This document shows positions 60,347 through 64,000 of a DNA stretch of 64,000 nucleotides, piece after piece (positions within the stretch are counted from its first letter, which is position 1; the number at the start of each line of letters is the position of its first letter). The notes below the pieces were generated by a model. The model made no database searches. It saw only the letters and a list, made by a program, of their open reading frames with translations, and was not told the DNA's origin. The stretch is taken from the NCBI GenBank assembly GCA_963674825.1, contig OY771587.1, positions 3,808,001-3,872,000 of the forward strand, written 5' to 3'. This DNA is from Candidatus Cloacimonadales bacterium (lineage in GTDB: Bacteria > Cloacimonadota > Cloacimonadia > Cloacimonadales > JAIOQZ01). The translations under genes were made by a program, and so were the position numbers.

Positions 60347-61876
60347 ATGAGAAATCGAATCGTACTCATCTTCCTGCTTATTGCATCTGTCTGGCAGCTG
60401 TTCGCCAGCTTGACGCTGTGCCAGCCGCCAGTAGAGAATCGCGCCATTCTGGCCTACTATGGGCTATTGATCGAGGTCGCTGAATCGGAAGGTCGGTTCG
60501 ATGAAGCTCGTACTTACACTGAAATCGCCCTCGAACATGCTCCCGATTCCACCGATTTACGCATGAAATTGGCCGAATATTACTACTGGAATGCTGAGTA
60601 CGAGCGCGCTTATCAACTATTCAAGCAAGTCTATTTTGAGACCGGAAAGCTCGATGCCTTGCTTCGGATGGGCGATTGTAAAGAGCTCAACGGCAACATC
60701 GATAGCGCTGAGCACATCTATCGAAAGGCCTACCTCGAATACGATGATGCAGCCAGCTTCCAGTCATACTACCATCTTGTGAGAGGCTATCGTTCGACCT
60801 ACCGCGCAATCGACCTGCTGGAATCGCACCTCTCCACCCACGCCGATTCGACAGGATTATGGAGCGAACTCGGGAACCTCTACATCGACGCGAACAAACC
60901 CTACGCCGCGATCGGAGCATATGAGAAATCGCTTGATTACGATGTTCTGTCGCTACTGACGATTTACAACCTGAAGAATTATTTGCGCAGCAACATCTAT
61001 ACTGCCGTCAACTACACTGAAGACCGCACGCCACGCTGGTTTTATCACTACAAACGCGTCTTCCTCTTCATGGATCGACGCCTTACCGATAACTTATACG
61101 TGCAAATGAACTACCTCTATGATGATGTCGAGCGCAAAAGCAGGCTTGATTACTTGGGCGACGATTCCCGCTACTGGAAGCATTTCCTCGAAGCCGAGCT
61201 TTCCATTATTCCTCGCTACGATCTCATCTTGAGCGGTAGCATACAGATGGATCTGCGGCGTGAGAAATCCTCGGGATGGCACCTTGAGCTGGACTATTCA
61301 CCCAAACCGCTGGAAATCGAACTGTCCTACGATGACGCTGTGATCGAATATTGGGAGAATCGTCGGCGTGAACATATGGGACTGGCGGTCACATGGGACG
61401 ATGGCTTGTGGGTGTTCGGGAATTCATTCGATGGTTATCGCATGAAGGATGACGAGGTATTCGTGGAAGCCGATCCGATGGACGTTCCTTACGGTCTCGA
61501 AATCCAAAAGCAGGACAATTACGGCTTTTCCGATCGTCTTTCATTCCGTAACCGCGTCTATTTCGAGCCTGACATCTCGGTGGGCGGGTTCTTTACTGCG
61601 AAGAGCTATCGCTACGACTCCCGTTACTACTACAGTCCCGACGAGATCTATTTCTTTGGTGGAATTGCCGCCTTTCACCACGAGGTGGGCAAATACGAGC
61701 TGGATATTGACTGGGAGATTGGGCTTGATACCGAGCAAGGTCGCTATTCTGCGTTCGATAGCGCGCTGAAGATGAACTTCGAATTCGGCAGCTTCAAGCT
61801 CAAATTCGAGTACCTGCGCGACACGGACAATCGGCAGCTCGGGTTTCATCTTGTGTTCTCGGATTTTAAGCTCTAA
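60347..61876 (+). CDS. TPR-repeat protein with C-terminal beta-barrel-like region
   Basis: Signal peptide, TPR-like helices, aromatic amphipathic strands and YYSP motif. Confidence 0.7.
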   Translation: MRNRIVLIFLLIASVWQLFASLTLCQPPVENRAILAYYGLLIEVAESEGRFDEARTYTEIALEHAPDSTDLRMKLAEYYYWNAEYERAYQLFKQVYFETGKLDALLRMGDCKELNGNIDSAEHIYRKAYLEYDDAASFQSYYHLVRGYRSTYRAIDLLESHLSTHADSTGLWSELGNLYIDANKPYAAIGAYEKSLDYDVLSLLTIYNLKNYLRSNIYTAVNYTEDRTPRWFYHYKRVFLFMDRRLTDNLYVQMNYLYDDVERKSRLDYLGDDSRYWKHFLEAELSIIPRYDLILSGSIQMDLRREKSSGWHLELDYSPKPLEIELSYDDAVIEYWENRRREHMGLAVTWDDGLWVFGNSFDGYRMKDDEVFVEADPMDVPYGLEIQKQDNYGFSDRLSFRNRVYFEPDISVGGFFTAKSYRYDSRYYYSPDEIYFFGGIAAFHHEVGKYELDIDWEIGLDTEQGRYSAFDSALKMNFEFGSFKLKFEYLRDTDNRQLGFHLVFSDFKL

Positions 61877-61916
61877 ACGCAAACTGCACGACCAAGCATT
61901 GCGTAGTCATTTGACC

Positions 61917-62030
61917 CTTCGATACACCGCCAGGATTATCTGATCGTTGCCGGCAAGTACGGTGCGTTGGTGCTACTCTGGGGGATATATGATATTATTC
62001 AGCCTTCCCCTAAGGGCATTCTGAGTAGCG
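61917..62030. repeat. Degenerate dispersed palindromic element (relative of 46119-46232)
   Basis: CTTCGATACAC and GAGTAGCG start 106 bp apart in both copies; GCTACTC/GAGTAGC stem. Confidence 0.5.
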
Positions 62031-62153
62031 AGGAACATAAAAACAATGGATAACCTCAAGCAACGAATCACCAATATCCATTGTTTCTATTGACAAAAAA
62101 GATCGCTCTGCCAGACTACATAAGAACCTATAACGAACCAAAGAAAGGAAATC

Positions 62154-63518
62154 ATGGCACAACATACAGTCCTGGTAGTGGATGACGAACTCGAATCGCT
62201 CGATATTTGCGCACGCGTGCTGAAAGCAAACTACGATGTCATCACAACCGATTCAACCAAAGAAGCGTTTGAACATCTCGAAAACAATCAGATCGACTGC
62301 ATTGTTAGCGACCTCGTCATGCCGAAAGTAAACGGCCTTGAATTTGTGGAACGTCTCCGCGATGCACATCCCGAGATCCCCATCCTGGTTATGAGCGGCA
62401 AGGCCACGCTCAAGATGGCAGTGCAAGCGATGAAATCCGGCGCTATCGAGTTCATCGAGAAACCTATCCTTGATTTGGAAATCCTTCAGGTACAAGTTGA
62501 TAAAGCAATCAGTTCGCATGACATCATCGAGGAGAACAAACGGCTTCGGATGAAGCTTTCGGCGAACTTGCTGCGTAGCGATTTCGTGGGTAACAGCCGT
62601 GAGATCCAGAAAATGCTCGAGGTGGTTCACAAGGTCTCAGCGCTCAATTCGACCATCATGCTCGAGGGTGAGACTGGCACCGGTAAGGAAATGATAGCCC
62701 GTATGATCCACGAAAACAGCAACCGCAGCGAGAAGCCTTTTGTGGCAGTAAACTGCGGCGCTGTCCCAGAAACGCTTCTGGAAAGCCTTCTGTTCGGGCA
62801 TACCAAGGGTGCATTCACCGATGCGCACAAGGAATCCAAAGGCTATTTCGAAGAGGCGAACCGCGGAACACTCTTCCTGGATGAAATCGGCGAAACCGAG
62901 CCGACGTTTCAGGTCAAGCTGCTCCGCGTACTTCAGGAAAAGACAATCCGTAGAGTGGGCAGCGACCAGGAAATCGCGGTGGACGTGCGTATTATCGCGG
63001 CAACAAACCGCACGCTTGAAGACGAAGTCAACCGTGGAAGCTTCCGAAAAGATTTGTATTACCGGCTTAACGTGATCAAGATCAAGGTACCGCCGCTACG
63101 CGAACGGGAAGAGGATATCCCGCTTCTGGCCCGGCATTTCCTGCGACTATTCATGAAAGAAAATGGGTTGAGCGGTTATCAACTTACACGTGAGACACTC
63201 GAGCTGCTTAAAAAAGCGCCGTGGGAAGGCAATATCCGCGAATTGCAGAACGTCATCGAGCATTCGGCTGCCCTTTGCGGCAATCAATCCATCACACCCG
63301 AGGATTTACCTGAATACCTCACTGCTGGCAGAAAGCCTCAGACATCACAGGAGTTCTCGGATAATTACGAAGAGGCCAAGACCGAGTTCGAATTCATCTA
63401 CTTCCAGAAACTGCTTGCGATGGCCAATAGCAGCGTAACTGAAGCTGCGCGTATCTCCGGCCTGAGTAGGCAACACATCTACCTTAAGATGAAACAACTG
63501 GGACTGGAGAATAGTTAG
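62154..63518 (+). CDS. Sigma54-dependent response regulator (NtrC/AtoC family)
   Basis: REC (SDLVMP), GETGTGKE, GAFTDA, LFLDEIG, WEGNIREL and HTH. Confidence 0.95.
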   Translation: MAQHTVLVVDDELESLDICARVLKANYDVITTDSTKEAFEHLENNQIDCIVSDLVMPKVNGLEFVERLRDAHPEIPILVMSGKATLKMAVQAMKSGAIEFIEKPILDLEILQVQVDKAISSHDIIEENKRLRMKLSANLLRSDFVGNSREIQKMLEVVHKVSALNSTIMLEGETGTGKEMIARMIHENSNRSEKPFVAVNCGAVPETLLESLLFGHTKGAFTDAHKESKGYFEEANRGTLFLDEIGETEPTFQVKLLRVLQEKTIRRVGSDQEIAVDVRIIAATNRTLEDEVNRGSFRKDLYYRLNVIKIKVPPLREREEDIPLLARHFLRLFMKENGLSGYQLTRETLELLKKAPWEGNIRELQNVIEHSAALCGNQSITPEDLPEYLTAGRKPQTSQEFSDNYEEAKTEFEFIYFQKLLAMANSSVTEAARISGLSRQHIYLKMKQLGLENS

Positions 63519-63519
63519 G

Positions 63520-64000
63520 CTACCCAGCCTTCACCCGGATATGCAGCATCTTGCTGGGATCCATGCCATGCTTTTCAATTGTCCGGCAGTCCAGCTCGTA
63601 TAGCGATACAAAAATATCCTGCCAGTCTTGCGGCCAGTTCGCTTTGATTTTCTCGATGATTCCCTGGTTTCGTTCTATGTTTTTTAAAGCAGTTCTTGTA
63701 TAATCGTCGTCGGTGATTTCCAGCCTGAATTCTTCCTGCAGCACCACTTCACCTGAAATAACTGCTGCAAGATCCACAGCTTCTTCAAGCGTGAAGTGAT
63801 GGCGATGATAATTGCCGCGTAGCGCACTCGTCGCTTCACTGATAAGAGACGATAACGACCGTGAATATCCTCGCCACGAATCTCGATCGAAGCAGTGATC
63901 GTACAAGTCGAGATAACCACCAGGGGTAATCATACTACCGATCGTGCGAAGCTCATTTACGGGGTACTGGAAATGATGCAAGGCATGTGTCGATATCACG
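63520..64000 (-). CDS. Probable SAM-dependent methyltransferase C-terminal part (starts outside the window)
   Basis: ALHHF..P......I..PGG.L pattern. Confidence 0.55.
   Translation of the reverse strand, partial: VISTHALHHFQYPVNELRTIGSMITPGGYLDLYDHCFDRDSWRGYSRSLSSLISEATSALRGNYHRHHFTLEEAVDLAAVISGEVVLQEEFRLEITDDDYTRTALKNIERNQGIIEKIKANWPQDWQDIFVSLYELDCRTIEKHGMDPSKMLHIRVKAG

Overview
64 kb of bacterial chromosome. The shared FlgD-Ig-type C-terminal domains on secreted proteins suggest an FCB-group organism such as Cloacimonadota; this is an inference. Housekeeping genes (secA, topA, pgk-like, secG, dapD, hisC-like, rmuC) alternate with accessory content: a thiol-redox operon, an ECF sigma factor with a Cys-rich partner and a 47-bp REP-like tandem array, and purine-catabolism-type genes (YgeW-like carbamoyltransferase, PLP enzyme, XdhC). 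Those purine genes are interrupted by a SatD (nucleotidyl-cyclase-like + HTH)/DUF3307 pair containing a perfect 45-bp palindrome. Also present: a type II R-M module flanked by a 58-bp duplication, a split Wsp-like chemosensory system with a PP2C output, four tandem paralogous lipoproteins with a gene-conversion tract, a tRNA-Leu with the rare AAG anticodon, a secreted peptidylarginine/agmatine deiminase, and three tandem beta-barrel genes. No CRISPR array, integrase, transposase or reverse transcriptase was seen. The best candidates for new biology are the SatD-DUF3307 module, tRNA-Leu(AAG), the R-M insertion and the lipoprotein array. Family assignments are from motif recognition only; no searches were run.
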